From Okamejei kenojei (Eukaryota), in assembly GCA_035221665.1 (NCBI GenBank), contig CM069141.1:17608001-17672000 (forward strand): a DNA stretch of 64,000 bases, in the 5' to 3' direction. Numbering within the stretch: the stretch's first letter is position 1; each line of letters begins with the position of its first letter. Below the pieces are notes generated by a model. The model did not search any database, was not told where the DNA came from, and saw only the letters and a program-made list of their open reading frames with translations. A program made the translations under genes and the position numbers. Positions 11,231-23,520 of this stretch are shown one piece after another.

Positions 11231-14200
11231 ACCAACAATTGCACTTACTAACCTAGATGTATTACTTTTGAATAGAAATGGGATAACATGGCTGCCCCAA
11301 CTGGCTACATGGGTGCTTGGTATGGGAATGAGCTGGTTCAAATCAAATGAATGTTCATATCTTATCGACAAAAGTATTCTACAGTGTGGAGGTGAAACAT
11401 GTTTTTTGAAACCATAATAAAGCAATATTCCTGACAGAGATTGGACCAAAAATAGATGAAGTACTGACAAATCTTGCAAAATGTGTTTAAAAATGTGCAA
11501 ACACTGGAACCTAATTTTAATTTAAACCCATTAGAAGGCAACAAGGTTGGGACAAGGAGCTAAAACATGGCAAAGACCATTAATGAACATTATTTCATGT
11601 TTTTAAATTATCCTCTTGGCAGTTCTGTAGATAGTGCCTATGCATCAAGTTTATACGTGGGTGTCAATGAACAAATTTAGTCAAAGTTGTTGATCACACA
11701 AAACTTATTATTTGAACTTCGATAAAAAATAAAATGGCATCCAATAATCTGCAAGAATTTTATCCACTACATGTAAGTGATAGAGTTGCGGTTATCCGTC
11801 AGAGAGCCATACCAAGGCCCAAGCCTATGAAACCAAGTCTAACGCAAACTGTTGAAACTATTTCAGTCAGCTGATACCAATTCAATAGCATCATTCACCT
11901 CAGTCTTGCAGCTGAGAGCAAATGAGCATTTCAGCTGCCAAAAGAAGTGGATATTTCATCAGACTGCAGTTCCAGGTCTAATACTGACCTGTATAAAAGG
12001 GAAGGGTTGCACTTAAACTGGAGGGGGACCAACATCCTAGTGGGAAGGTTTGCTAATGCTACACGGGAGGGTTTAAACTAGATTGGCGGGGTGGGATCTC
12101 GTGCAAGACAGAGGCACGTGAGAGGCTAGAAGTTGGTATGGAGGATGGTGTGTGAAAGGTTAGTGGACAGAATAGGCAGGTGAAAGGCGGAGAGCGAGAA
12201 AGGAGGGTTGATTTAAACTGCACGTATTTTATTTTAAGGCAGTTGAGCTTAGGGCATGGATAATTACGAGTGACTGGGACCTTGTAGCCAAGACTGAAAC
12301 CTGGTTAAGGGAGGGGCAGGATTGGCAGCTCAATGTTCCAGGGTACAGGAGCTTCAGGAGAGACAGGGGTGAGGGAAAAACAGGAGGGGGGGTTGCATTG
12401 TTGGTTGAGGAGGATTTCACAGCAGTGATCAGAGGTGACATTATGAACTGTTTGTCTAGTGAGCCTGTATGGGTGGAGCTGAGGAACAAGAAAGGGATGG
12501 TCACCTCATTGGGGGTGCACTACAGACCCCCGAATAGTTAACAGGAATTAGAAGAACAAATATGCCGGAGGATTGCAGACAGCTGCAGGTCAAAAAAGGT
12601 TGTTGTTGTAGTAGGGGTTTTAACTTTCCCAATATAGACTGGGAAAATCATAGCGTGAAGGGTTTAAATGGGGCACAATTTCTCAAAAGTGTTCAGGAGA
12701 ATTTTCATAAACAGTATGTAGAGGCCCCCACACGTGAGAGGGCAACGCTGGATCTAGTATTGGGAAATTGGGAAGGGCAAGTTAATTAAGTGTGTGTGGA
12801 GGAGCCTTTTGGGACCAGTGACCACAGTTCGCTTAGGTTTAAGATAGTTATGGACAGGGACAGAGAGGGTCCACGTGTTAAAATGCTCAACTGGGCGTCA
12901 GGCCAACTTTGAGGGTATGAGAGAAGGTCTCGCTCAAGTTGACTGGAGCAGGTTGTTAGATGGGAAAGGAACATTGGTCAAGTGGGATGTTTTTAAAAGG
13001 GTACTGAAGAAAGCTCAGGATGTGTACATCCCCATTAGAGTGGAGGGCAAAGCAGGCAAACGTAAAGGAAGCTTAGCTGACGAGGGTAATTGAGACATTA
13101 GTCAAAAACAAGAAGGATGTATTGGACAGGTATAGGCAGCTGGGATCAAGTGCATCCCTGGAGGAGTTTTGGGAGCTAAGGAGTAAACTAAAAAAGGAAA
13201 TCAAAAGGGCAAAAAGGGGCCAGGAGATAGCTCTGGCGAGTAGTATTAAGGACAATCCCAAAAGATTTTATAAATACACTGGGGGGAAAAGGGTAACTAG
13301 AGAGAGAGTGGGACCTCTAAGGAATCAAAGCGGTCACCTCTGTGTAGAGCCACAGAAGATGGGTAATGTCCTAAATGAGTATTCCTCCTCTGTATTTACC
13401 GAGGAGAAAGACAGTAGGACGGAGGAAATTGGAACAGTCACTGGAAGTGTCTTCAGAGCAGTCAGGGTTACCGTCGAAGAAGTACTGAAGGTACTATCGT
13501 GTATGAAGGTAGACATATCTCCAGGGCCTGATCTGATATATCCAAGGACATTGTGGAAAACTAGAGAGGAAATTGCGGGAGCCCTGGTTGAAATTTACAA
13601 GTCGTCCTTAAATACAGGAGAGTTGCCGGAAGACTGGAGGGTGGCAAATGTTGCATCTCTTTTCAAGAAGGGCTGCAGGAAAAATGCTGGGAGCGAGAGG
13701 CTGGTTAACTTAACATCTGTAGTTGGTTAGTTACTGGAGAGTATTCTGAGGGATGGGATACACAGGCATTTGGATGGGCAAGGGCTGATTAGGGATAGTC
13801 AGCTTGGTTTTGTACGTGGGAGGTCCTGTCTCACAAATCTGATTGATTTTTTTTTTAAGGCGTGACCAAAAGAAATGATGAAGGCAGAGCTGTAGATGTT
13901 GTGTACATGGACTTCAGTAAGGCGTTCGACAAGGTTCCGCATGGTAGGCTGCTCTGGAAGGTTAGATCGTATGGGATCCAAGGGGAGATAGCTGATTGGA
14001 TAGTAAATTGGCTCCATGGAAGGAAACAGAATGTAATGGTGGAAGGTTGCTTCTCAGACTGGAGGCCTGTGACTAGTCAGGGCTCGAAATTAGTGGTTGC
14101 CCGGGTGCCAATGATCACTCAAAGTGCCGACGGGCAACCTAAACGCCGAGTCATTTTGCCCGGCTTGGCACGCAAATACTGGTTTATACCGAAAGGCACA

Positions 14201-14723
14201 AAAAACTGGAGAAACTCAGCGGGTCAGGCAGCATCTCTGGCGAATAGGAATGTGGCGTTTTGTGTCGGCGGCGGCAACAGCTGTAACGCGGGGCAAAGAT
14301 GCTAGGAGCGGGGTGACGAAGGGTCAGAGCAAATGACGGGCCCCACACAGCGGCAACGGCGGCCACGACAGCGGCTCCACCGCCTCCTCCTCCCGCACCC
14401 TGCCCGGCAGAAGGAGGCCTTCCTATCCCTCCCTCCCTCCTCCTGGCCTCGGCGTGCGAGAGGGGTTGTTTTGAAAGCGCCATTGGTGGATTTGCAGCAG
14501 TATCTTTTGATTTGCAGGCAGCGGCCGCTATCGCCCTGATAACGGCCACTGCCTGCAAACCCGCTAACCGCGCTTTCATAACAACCCCTCTCGCACGCCG
14601 AGGCCGGGAGGAGGGAGGGAGGGAGAGAGAGAGGGAGGTCTCCTCCCGCCGGGCGGGGTGCGGGAGGAGGAGGCGGTGGAGCCGCTGTCGCGGCCGACTG
14701 TGTTGCCGCTGAAGCAGCTGCAC

Positions 14724-14751
14724 CAAAGATCCTATAGCTATAGGATCTTTG
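14724..14751. mobile_element. 28-bp perfect palindrome (two fused 14-bp TIRs) with 8-bp TSD
   Basis: agctgcac-CAAAGATCCTATAG/CTATAGGATCTTTG-agctgcac. Confidence 0.85.
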
Positions 14752-15498
14752 AGCTGCACCATGGCGAGGAGATTCCAACCACCTCCCCCTTTGGCGGCGG
14801 CACTTTGGCGTTGGACAGGGACGGCCAAGGCAGCGGGTGATGTTGTCCGAGGAGCGCTGACCTTCCTTCCTCCCCACCTCCTCTGCCCCTCCCCCCTCTC
14901 CCTTTCTCTCTCTTGTACGCCCTCCTCCACCCTTCTTATCTTGGGACCCGTCCTCTCCATCCTACACTGATCCCCATTCCCTCATCTATTCAGCCCTCAC
15001 TGACATCCCCTGTGCTCCCCTCCCAATCTACCCCCAATCACCCTACCCACCCCACATTGATTCTCCTGCCACCCCCCCCTCCCATCCCCCATCCATCCTG
15101 TACTGACCCCCCTTCCCATCCATCCTGCACCTCTCCTCTCATTCATACTGCACTAAATTATGTGGGAAGCGAGAGTGTTTCTGTGCCAATAGCAATGACG
15201 ACCCATGCTATGGCCATGTCATGGTAATTTTCGGTCCTTCACAGAAAACATGCTTGCATCAATCTGTAGTGTGCATGGTCCAGATTTATTGACACAGGTT
15301 GATCATATACTGAATAATCCAACCACATTTTTGTTTGGAAGTGGAAAGAACTAATAGAAATTGCATTAATTGCAATGTGTAAAAAGAGTTGAGATATTGT
15401 ATTACAATTTTGCTGCATGTCATTGTGGTATATATCATGTCTTGATTGGTGAATATGTTTAGTTTGTGAGTTATTTGAAGCAGAAATAATATGTGAAT

Positions 15499-15719
15499 AT
15501 TAATGGAGAAGTTCTAGAAACCAAAGTTCTGGAGAAACTCAGCGGATGCGGCAGCATCTATGGAGCGAAAGAAATAGACAATGTTTCGGGTCGAAACCCT
15601 TCTTCAGACTGATGGGTTGCCCATTTCCTTCATTCCATAGATGCTGCTGCACCTGCTGAGTTTCTCCAGCATGTTTGTCTACCTTCGATTTTCCAGCATC
15701 TGCAGTTCCTTCTTGAACA
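15499..15719. mobile_element. Inverted Penelope-derived element with hammerhead core
   Basis: Core at 15580-15607(-); flanks taatatgtgaat (15487-15498) and taatatgcgaat (15720-15731). Confidence 0.8.
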
Positions 15720-17179
15720 TAATATGCGAATGCTTCATTGAGCATAATTCCGACTGGTAACCACGCACTTCGTCCGAGCACATTATCGCACGCGTCATGC
15801 AAACCGTCTTAAATGACCACCAAAATTGTCATTTGGCAACCTAAAAAGCTGTCAAGGTTGCCCGGCTGGCAACAGGGAAAAAAAGTTAAGCGAGAGCCCT
15901 GCTAGTGGTGTGCCTCAGGGTTCGGTGCTGGGCCCATTACTGTTTGTCATCTACATCAATGATTTGGATAAGAAAATACAGGGCAAGATTAGCAAGTTTG
16001 CTGATGATACAAAGGTTGGTGGTTTTGCAGACAGTGAAGATGGTTGTGAATGATTGCAGCAGGATATGGATCGATTGGCCAGGTGAGCGGAGGAATGGTT
16101 GATGGAATTTAGTACAGAAAAGTGTGAGGTGTTGCATTTTGGGACGCCTAACAAGGGCAGGATGTACACAGTAAATGGTCGGCCTCTGGGTAGTGTTGTA
16201 GAGCAGAGGGGTCTAGGAATACAAGTGCATGGTTCCTTGAAGGTCGAGTCGCAGGTAGATAAGGTGGTCAAAAAGGCTTTTGGCACTTTGGCCTTGATCA
16301 GTGGGTATAGAAGTTGGGAACTCATGTTGCAGTTGTACAAGACGTTGGTGAGACTGCATTTAGAATATTGTGTTCAGTTCTGGGCACCATGTTATAGGAA
16401 AGATATTGTCAAGCTTGAAAGGGTTCAGAAAAGATTTACAAGGATGTTGCCAGAACTAGAGGGTGTGAGCTATAGGGAGAGGTTGAGTAGGCTGTGTCTC
16501 TATTCCATGAAGCGTGGGAGGATGAGGGGTGATCTTATAGAGGTGTACAAAATCATGAGAGGAATAGATCGGGTAGACGCACAGTCTTTTGCCCAGAGTA
16601 GGGGAATCGAGGACCAGTGGACATAGGTTCAAGGTGAAGGGGAACAGATTTAATAGGAATCCGAGGGGTAACTTTGTCACACAAAAAGTGGTGGGTGTAT
16701 GGAACAAGCTGCCAGAGGAGGTAGTTGAGGCTGGGACTATCCCATCGTTTAAGAAACATTTAGACAGATACATGGATAGGACAAGTTTGGGGGGATATGA
16801 ACCAAGCGCAGACAAGTGGGACAAGGGTAGCTGGTACATTGTTGGCCGGTGTGGGCGAGTTGGGCCAAAGGGCCTGTTTCCACACTGTATCACTCTATGA
16901 CTCTATGACAAGGAACAATCACGAATTCAGCAATAATTCAAGTGGACAACAGAATGAAAGATTGTCGTAACTCACCAGGACAAAGGAACTGGGATTGGCC
17001 AGTACTAAGCCATATGCAGTAAAACACTTTCAAGTAAAATATTGATTAAAAATCAATCAAAGATCTTGAGTACACGAAACTTATTATTTGAACTAGGATA
17101 GAAATTGCAAAGCCATCATTAATAATCTGGGAAATTAATAGCTGAACAAAATGTCTTCTGGGTGGGTTTAAAGGGGAAG

Positions 17180-17275
17180 CACAAAACAGAGTGCTGGAAG
17201 AATTCAGAGGGTCAGGCAGCATCCGTGGAGGGAAATGGACTGATGACGTGTCACATCAGGACCCATATTTTGACA
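17180..17275 (-). mobile_element. Old Penelope terminal-repeat fragment (another at about 17625-17815)
   Basis: gtgctggaagaattcagagggtcaggcagcatcc. Confidence 0.6.
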
Positions 17276-17314
17276 TTGTAGTCCTGGCCAATTCAAAGTT
17301 GATTGTGAGATGGG

Positions 17315-17620
17315 AAGCACTGCTGATGAGGCATGTAACAAAAATTGGCTGGAGCGGATAGCCAGGGTGGGGAGGAAGGTGGAGCTGTGGAGGGCTCCCT
17401 CTCCATAACGGGAAAGAATTTGGTCATCAGGTGTGAGGTTGCTCTCGGAGCTGCTGTACTTGGCACAAGTGTGGCCTGTCCTCCCTCATACGCCACAGGG
17501 GCAATTGGGGGTTGGACCGGGTGGCGACGGGCCACAATGTTCGGGGGTAAAAGCGTGCCCAACGTCGTGATGGACCTTCGTGTGTGGCTGCATCAGGCGG
17601 AGTGTAGAGCCAAGGCAGCA
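17315..17620 (+). mobile_element. Tx1/L1-clade LINE ORF2 fossil
   Basis: With frameshifts: ACNKNWLERIARVGRKVELW..SLSITGKNLVIRCEV..LLYLAQVWP, resembling the post-RT region of Tx1-like elements. Confidence 0.65.
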
Positions 17621-18414
17621 CAACCTGGTGTATGCAGATCTTGCAGTTCCTTAAATATTGAGCAAACACAATGGATTAGACAATTACTCAGCAGGTCAGG
17701 CAGCATCTGAACAAGGGCTGTGTGCCGCCTATCCATTGCCTCCACACTTGATACATGCTGAGTTCCTCCAGCATTTATTTAGCTCAAGATTCCAGCATCT
17801 GCAGTCTCTTTTATCTCCATGGGAGATCATGGCTTAAAAAAGCAGGGCTATTATTTTTATTGCCATGAACACAGAGAGAAATCATCTAATTTGGGAGCAG
17901 GTATTTAGGAGATTACATAAGCATGTGTGGTTGAAGTGAAGTAAATAAACACCTTGGTTTGAAGGCCTATGCCACTGTACTACAGCTGGTGAGAACAAAA
18001 ATAAAAAGGTAGACACCATAGTTAAGCCTAAAGATATAGTAGCATAGCTAAAGTAATTCCTCAGAAATGAAACAATTTAATGCCTCCAGATGCAGTGATA
18101 ATACACGTGTCTTTGTAACATTTGTTAAAAAGAGATGCATTTTAAGAAGCAATAAAATGCTTATGATGAATCAAGGAAATGTTTAGCTAGTAAACTTCTC
18201 CTCGTTCATTATGATTCATGCAAGAGTTGAAATAAGTATGTGATGTATCAAGTTATGGTGCATCTGCAGCCAATAAGTCATAATAAGCAATGCACTAATA
18301 AGAAAAGACTGGCCAGACTTCAAACTGAACGCATAGGAATAGCCTATCTAAAAATCAGTGCAAGAAGCCTTGTTTGGCTGTCAGAACCTTGTTCTCAGTA
18401 TGGAAATGTCAGAT

Positions 18415-18680
18415 ATTAGAGGACATAACTTGAAGGGCAGAGGAGAAAGTTTAAAGGAGATATGTGGGGCAGGTTTTTTTACATAAAGCGATGGTTGCCT
18501 GGAACACATTGCCAAGGGTGGTGGGAATGTATATGATAGTGATGTTTAAGAGGCTATTAGATAGGCATATGGATATGCAGGGTATGGAAGGATATGGATC
18601 ACATGCAGGCAGAGGAGATTAGGTCAATTTAGCATCATGTTTGGTGCAGACATTGTGGGCCTGTTCCTATGCTGTACTAA
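18415..18680 (+). mobile_element. CR1 3' end
   Basis: agaggacataac...tttaagaggctattagataggcatatgg...gggcctgttcctatgctgtac. Confidence 0.75.
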
Positions 18681-18681
18681 A

Positions 18682-18830
18682 GGTAGATACAAAGTGCAGG
18701 AGTAACTCAGGGGGTCAGGCAGTATCTCTGGAGAAAATGGGTAGATGAGGTTTCGGGTTGAGACCCTTCTTCAGTTTGAACGTATGGGGGGGGGGGGGGG
18801 GGGGGAGACCGGGACATATCAGGGCTTTAC
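18682..18830 (-). mobile_element. Penelope-derived short element
   Basis: ggagtaactcag...gtttcgggttgagacccttcttcag. Confidence 0.75.
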
Positions 18831-19224
18831 TGTTCTATATATCATTGAAACCTGCAAGGAGATAAGCAAGATTGCAAAAATCAGTTAAAATAATGCATTT
18901 CCAGAGAAACATTGTAAATGCTTGTTTATTAGATTGGAGGGATGCCTACACATGTATTCGTCAAAGGTTGATATTAAGGCCTTTATTTCAAGGTAAATGA
19001 ATTCTTCAGATGGAATTACAGTGCTATGGTTTCAAAGTTTACAAAGAGTACACCAATTTAAAAGAAAGCATACCATGAATAATGGGGTAACTGTAACAGT
19101 TCTCTGGTGCTGGACCAATTGGTTAGATGGCAGATGAGATTTGATGCCACAAATTGTGAAGTTATACACATGCGTAAAAAAAAGAACGAGGGGGATCAAT
19201 ATGAACTAAACAGTATGATTTTTA

Positions 19225-19490
19225 TGTGTGTGAGGTACATGTATGTGTATGTATGTGTGTGTGTGTCTATATACTGTATATATACATAGTGTAGATAAAT
19301 ATATAAATACATATGTGTGTGTGCGCGTATGTATATGCGTGTGGTAGACAGAAAAAGCTGGAGTAACTCAGGCAGCATCTCTGAGAGAAGGAATGGTTGA
19401 CGTTTCGGGTCGAGACCCTTCTTCAGATATGTGTGTCTATATAAACACGCATACACACGGATATATATATATATACATATTTATATCCTA
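19225..19490. repeat. Compound (TG)n/(TA)n microsatellite hosting a Penelope-derived insert
   Basis: Directly visible. Confidence 0.85.
19399..19426 (-). ncRNA. Best-preserved minimal type I hammerhead ribozyme core
   Basis: CUGAAGA-A-GGGUC(UC)GACCC-GAAA-CG-UC; core and stem II intact, stem I weak; activity untested. Confidence 0.6.
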
Positions 19491-19690
19491 CAGATAGATT
19501 AAATCAAACACACTTGGATTTGTCACTCGTGATCGTCTGTGATTCGTGCAACCCTGATTTCAGTGACAAAGCCTGGAATGGGAGGCTGCCCTTTAAAAAT
19601 GAGGGCAAACTGAACAAAAGCAAGATTAATGGACAAATAGGAATTCAGTGGTATTCACTGCAGTGTTTCAGGGAACACTTGGAAGCCTTT

Positions 19691-20455
19691 TGGGCCTGTC
19701 CCACTTAGGCAACTTTTTAGGCGGCTGCTAGGAGACTATGCATGGTCGCCACATGTTCGCGGGTGGTTGCCGGGGAGTCGCCTTCATGGTCGTAAGGAGT
19801 TCCCGCATTCTGGGAACTAGTCGCGGCCTCTTTATGGTCGCCGCAAATTTATCAACATGTTGAAAAATTAGAATGAAGCCACCATGGAGCGTAGCGAGAA
19901 TTCTCGTGCCGCAGGTGGGTCGCCAGGAGGTCCGAGTGGGTTGCCAGGAGGTCGAAGGTTCTCGTAGGTGCTGACCAGTGAATTGCATTGGCTCATTGGG
20001 GGAAAATACGTAAGCAGTAGTTTTCAGAACCAAGAATAACCGACCGGTAAGGTTAAATCTCTGCCGAGCTTCACAGCCGTGTATCTCTGGCTTCTTAAAA
20101 GTTGTCTGGCTTCTTAAAAGTTGTCTTCACTCCTTCTCCCTCCTTGTCCCCCCCTCCTTCTCCCCCCCTCTGCCCCCATCTTTTGAAGGACTCACCGTAC
20201 ACTGTGCTTTAGCCGTCTTAATTACAGTGCCAACCTTCCTGTTCATGTGTGTGTCTGTATCACCTTGGCTTTACACCATGTGAATTTCAGACAGCGCTCC
20301 CCCCGTTTGCCCTGTCCCCCGTCTGCGATGTGTTTATGTGTGTGTGTTCCACTCTGACAGTCGCCGTTCCAGTTGCCAGTTTTTCAGGTGACTGCCGGCA
20401 ACTTGACAGTCACCAGCAAAATCGCCTGAAAAATCGCCTAAGTGGGACAGGCTCA
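19691..20455. mobile_element. PIF/Harbinger-like MITE
   Basis: TIRs gggcctgtcccacttaggc and gcctaagtgggacaggctc; TSD unclear. Confidence 0.75.
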
Positions 20456-20704
20456 TAAACATTAACTTCTGTCTTTTTCTCCACAAGGCTGCCGGACCTC
20501 TGATATCTCCAGCACTTTCTGCTTTTAATAGGATGACACTTTACTGATGAACATCTAAATTTTGCAACGCAGCTGTGATAAAACAATAAGCTGGTATATC
20601 GATATGATTGCTAAGTTGTTATTTGAGATAAAGCAACTTACTAATTTAATGAATCTTAGTGGTAACAGCCCTCCATCATATATATATTTCCCAATGTTTG
20701 ACGG

Positions 20705-21122
20705 CACTGAGCCTGTACTCGCTGAAGTTGAGAAGGATGAGGGGTTCTCATTGAAACTTAGTGAATAGTGAAAGGCCTGGATAGAGTGGATGTGGAGATG
20801 ATGTTTCCACTAGCGGGAGAGTCTAGGACTAAAGGTCATAGCCTCAGAATTAAAGGGCGTTCCTTTAAGAAGGAGATGAGGAGAAATTTATTTAGTTAGA
20901 GGGTGGTGAATCTGTGGAATTCTTTGCCACAGAAGGCTGTGGAGACCAAGTCAATGGATATTTTTAAGGCAGGGAAAGATAGATTCTTGATTAGTACGGG
21001 TGTCAGGGATTATGGGGAGAAGGCAGGAAAATGGGGTTAGTAGGCAGAGATACGAAGATCAGCCATGATTGAATGGCGGAATTGACTTGATGGGCCGAAC
21101 GGCCTACTTCTGCCCTTATCAC
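20705..21122 (+). mobile_element. CR1 3' end (tail resumes at 22087)
   Basis: SLYSLKLRRMRG..., gatgggccgaacggcctacttctgc. Confidence 0.85.
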
Positions 21123-22078
21123 TTTTTCCGCTTGTGTGTCAGACAACGTTCTGCCATCGCTCTGCCACAGCCAGTACCACATCTGTGCCTCTGTGGAGAT
21201 CGTCCGCAGTGCATGCCTCTCCGCCGCAAGTCAGTAGGTGGGCCATTGCCTGTACCTCTCCACAGTTGCACTTGTCAGAGTCCGAGAAGCCCCACTTATT
21301 CAGGTTGAGTCCGCAACGGAGGCGGTTTGGAGCTTTCCAGGTAGTATAAGGCAGGTGGTGTCCTGGTGCCATCTGCTGTTTGATCTTTGGTGCCTGGTGC
21401 GCTTGGCTCTAGTTCCATGAAACTGTTCCGACCCTTCAAGCGTTTCTTGGCAAGTTGGTGATTGGGCAAGGGATGACAGGGGTCTGTATCCGCATTAAAG
21501 CGTTCTACTGGAGCTGCCCGATCACATCTTCGAGATGGTTCGTCGATGCCAGCCAGCTCGTACAGATGTTCAACCATTGTCGGCTTCAGGCATCCTGTGG
21601 TTTTCCAGCAGGCAGTGTTCAATGCAGAGTCCATCTTGCTTGCATGTTTAGAGTGGCCCCAGATGGGGCTTGCATTATCTGCCACTGAGAAACAGAGCGG
21701 CAGGGTTGCAGTGCTGATTGTTGTTGGGTCACTTCTAAATGAGCTGATTCCCAATTTTTCGATGACATTTTTCTGGGTGTTGACGTTTGCCTTGGTTTTC
21801 TCAACATGTTGGCGATATGATAATGTGCAATCGAGGACCACACCTAGGTACTTTGGGGCTTTGCAGTGTTCCAACAGGACATCCTTCCGTCGGACCTGCA
21901 GTTGACGTTTCACATCCCGGTTCCGGAGGTGGAAAGCTGCGCTTTGCGTTTTTGTTGGGTTTGGGCGCAGGGAGTTCTGTTGGTAGTATGTTCTCATATT
22001 CTGCAGAGCAGCCTCTAGTACGGTCTCAATCTGGCTGAAGTCTGAGGATTGCGTTGCGCTGCTTAAGTCATCGGCATA
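21123..22078 (-). mobile_element. 5'-truncated Vingi/Ingi-like LINE
   Basis: YADD...LRPNPTKTQ..FHL..PKYLGV.LD.TLSY; C-terminal NRLR..KWG....CNCG..Q...HLLTC zinc finger; 8-bp TSD cttatcac at 21115-21122 and 22079-22086. Confidence 0.8.
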
Positions 22079-23373
22079 CTTATCACATGACCTATGACCA
22101 ACCTGGAAATTGGGCAGTTCAACAATAGTGGAGGTCCAGGCGAAACAACTTGTCATGTATTATGTGCAATATAGTCAGTGTCATTTTAATAACTGTATAT
22201 GTGACCAAAGCTCTTGTAGAATGTTTAATGTGGAATTTGCCAAGAACTATTTCCTGATTGAAGAGAATGTAATAAATGCTGCTTTGATTAATGTTAGTTT
22301 TGATCTATAAAATACCATTGTTTGTTCATTTAAATTATGGTTGTGCTCCAGTGTCATAGAGTGTGAATGAGAGAAAATGCTGAAAAATGTGCTGATTAAT
22401 GAAAATATGAAATCTGAACATCGAGCCAGAATTGAAACTGGGACCTCTGGCTATGATATCCCCCCAAATAAGAAAAACATTGTTGTCCGTGAAGATAGCT
22501 TTGCGATTCAATCAAGAGAGTACATAAATAAATTACCTGATCCAATGGATTTCTAGCCAAAGAATAGAAATATTCAAGGGAAAAGATTGTGTTACTAAAA
22601 TAAAGCTGTTATTGATCACTAGGAGAGAAGTACAACAACATTAAGACATTAATGGGACCTCAGAGAAAGCATTTTCTGCAAAACAACAAAATTGTATCCT
22701 GCCTAGAAATGAAACAGTTGAATGTCACAGGTTCTGTAAATCATTTGACTGTTTTTTGCTCATAAAAAAAAAAGATTATTGAAGACACAAGTGGGTGCAG
22801 CAGCTGAGCAAAAAACAAACTGCTGATGGGACTCAGCGAGTTAAGTGGCATCTGTGGAGGGAAATGGATAGGCAATGTTTCAAGTCGAGACCCATCAAGA
22901 TCAAATTACTTGTGGAATTTAGGAATTTGGATGAAGGGACTAGCTTCTATGTGAGAAAAGTACTTATAGACTTGCAAAGCCCTGGAACTGTTTCAGTCAG
23001 ATGTTGTTGGATGTTGCATGGCCAATGGATGGAATAACCTGCAATGAACTGGAAGGTAAAATTAAAAAAAAAAACACTGTCGAAGTAGATTAGATGTTGT
23101 ATGTTTTGTAGAAGTCAACACAAGCAAATTGTGCCCTGTGTTTGTGAAAAGATACACATTATGTGGATTGGAAACCAATTGGAAAATCACAGGACACAAA
23201 CGAGGAAGACATTGGAATGAACAAGATGAGCCATGAAAGGGCAGATACAGGGTAGGATTCACAGCATCATACAATGACAACTTACCTGATGCCAAAACCA
23301 TTATAAGAACATTCACCACATGACCTACACCAAGATGTTGGTGCAGGGTCAATCAGTGACATTTTAGCTGGAC

Positions 23374-23520
23374 TTGAGTCATAGAGTCGTACAGCGCGGA
23401 AACATGCCCTTTGGCCAAACTTGCCCACACCGACCAACATGCCCCCTCTACATTAGTCCGACCTGCCTGTGTTTGGCCCATATCCTTCTAAACCTCTTCT
23501 ATCCGTGTCCCTGTCCACAT
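23374..23520 (-). mobile_element. CR1 3' tail (a plus-strand tail lies at about 23800-23965)
   Basis: gagtcatagagtcgtacagcgcggaaacatgcccttt. Confidence 0.7.

Larger units (their letters stand above)
14078..15901. mobile_element. Non-autonomous DNA transposon with CAGGGCTC termini and 5-bp TSD (hAT5-like)
   Basis: cagggctc...gagccctg; ctagt at 14073-14077 and 15902-15906; the CR1 frame WRPVTS|GVPQG rejoins across it. Confidence 0.85.
11975..16909 (+). mobile_element. Long CR1 LINE: end of ORF1 (esterase-like), ORF2 APE endonuclease and RT with stops and frameshifts; interrupted at 14078-15901
   Basis: DLYKREGLHLNWRG (ORF1); ETWL, GFNFPNIDW, LDLVL, SDH (APE); [25 protein letters not shown] (RT); tail ctctatgactctatgac. 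Confidence 0.93.

Noticed and set aside
14184-14960. 258-aa and overlapping GC-rich ORFs
   Set aside because: Low-complexity frames inside a non-autonomous transposon that cross nested inserts
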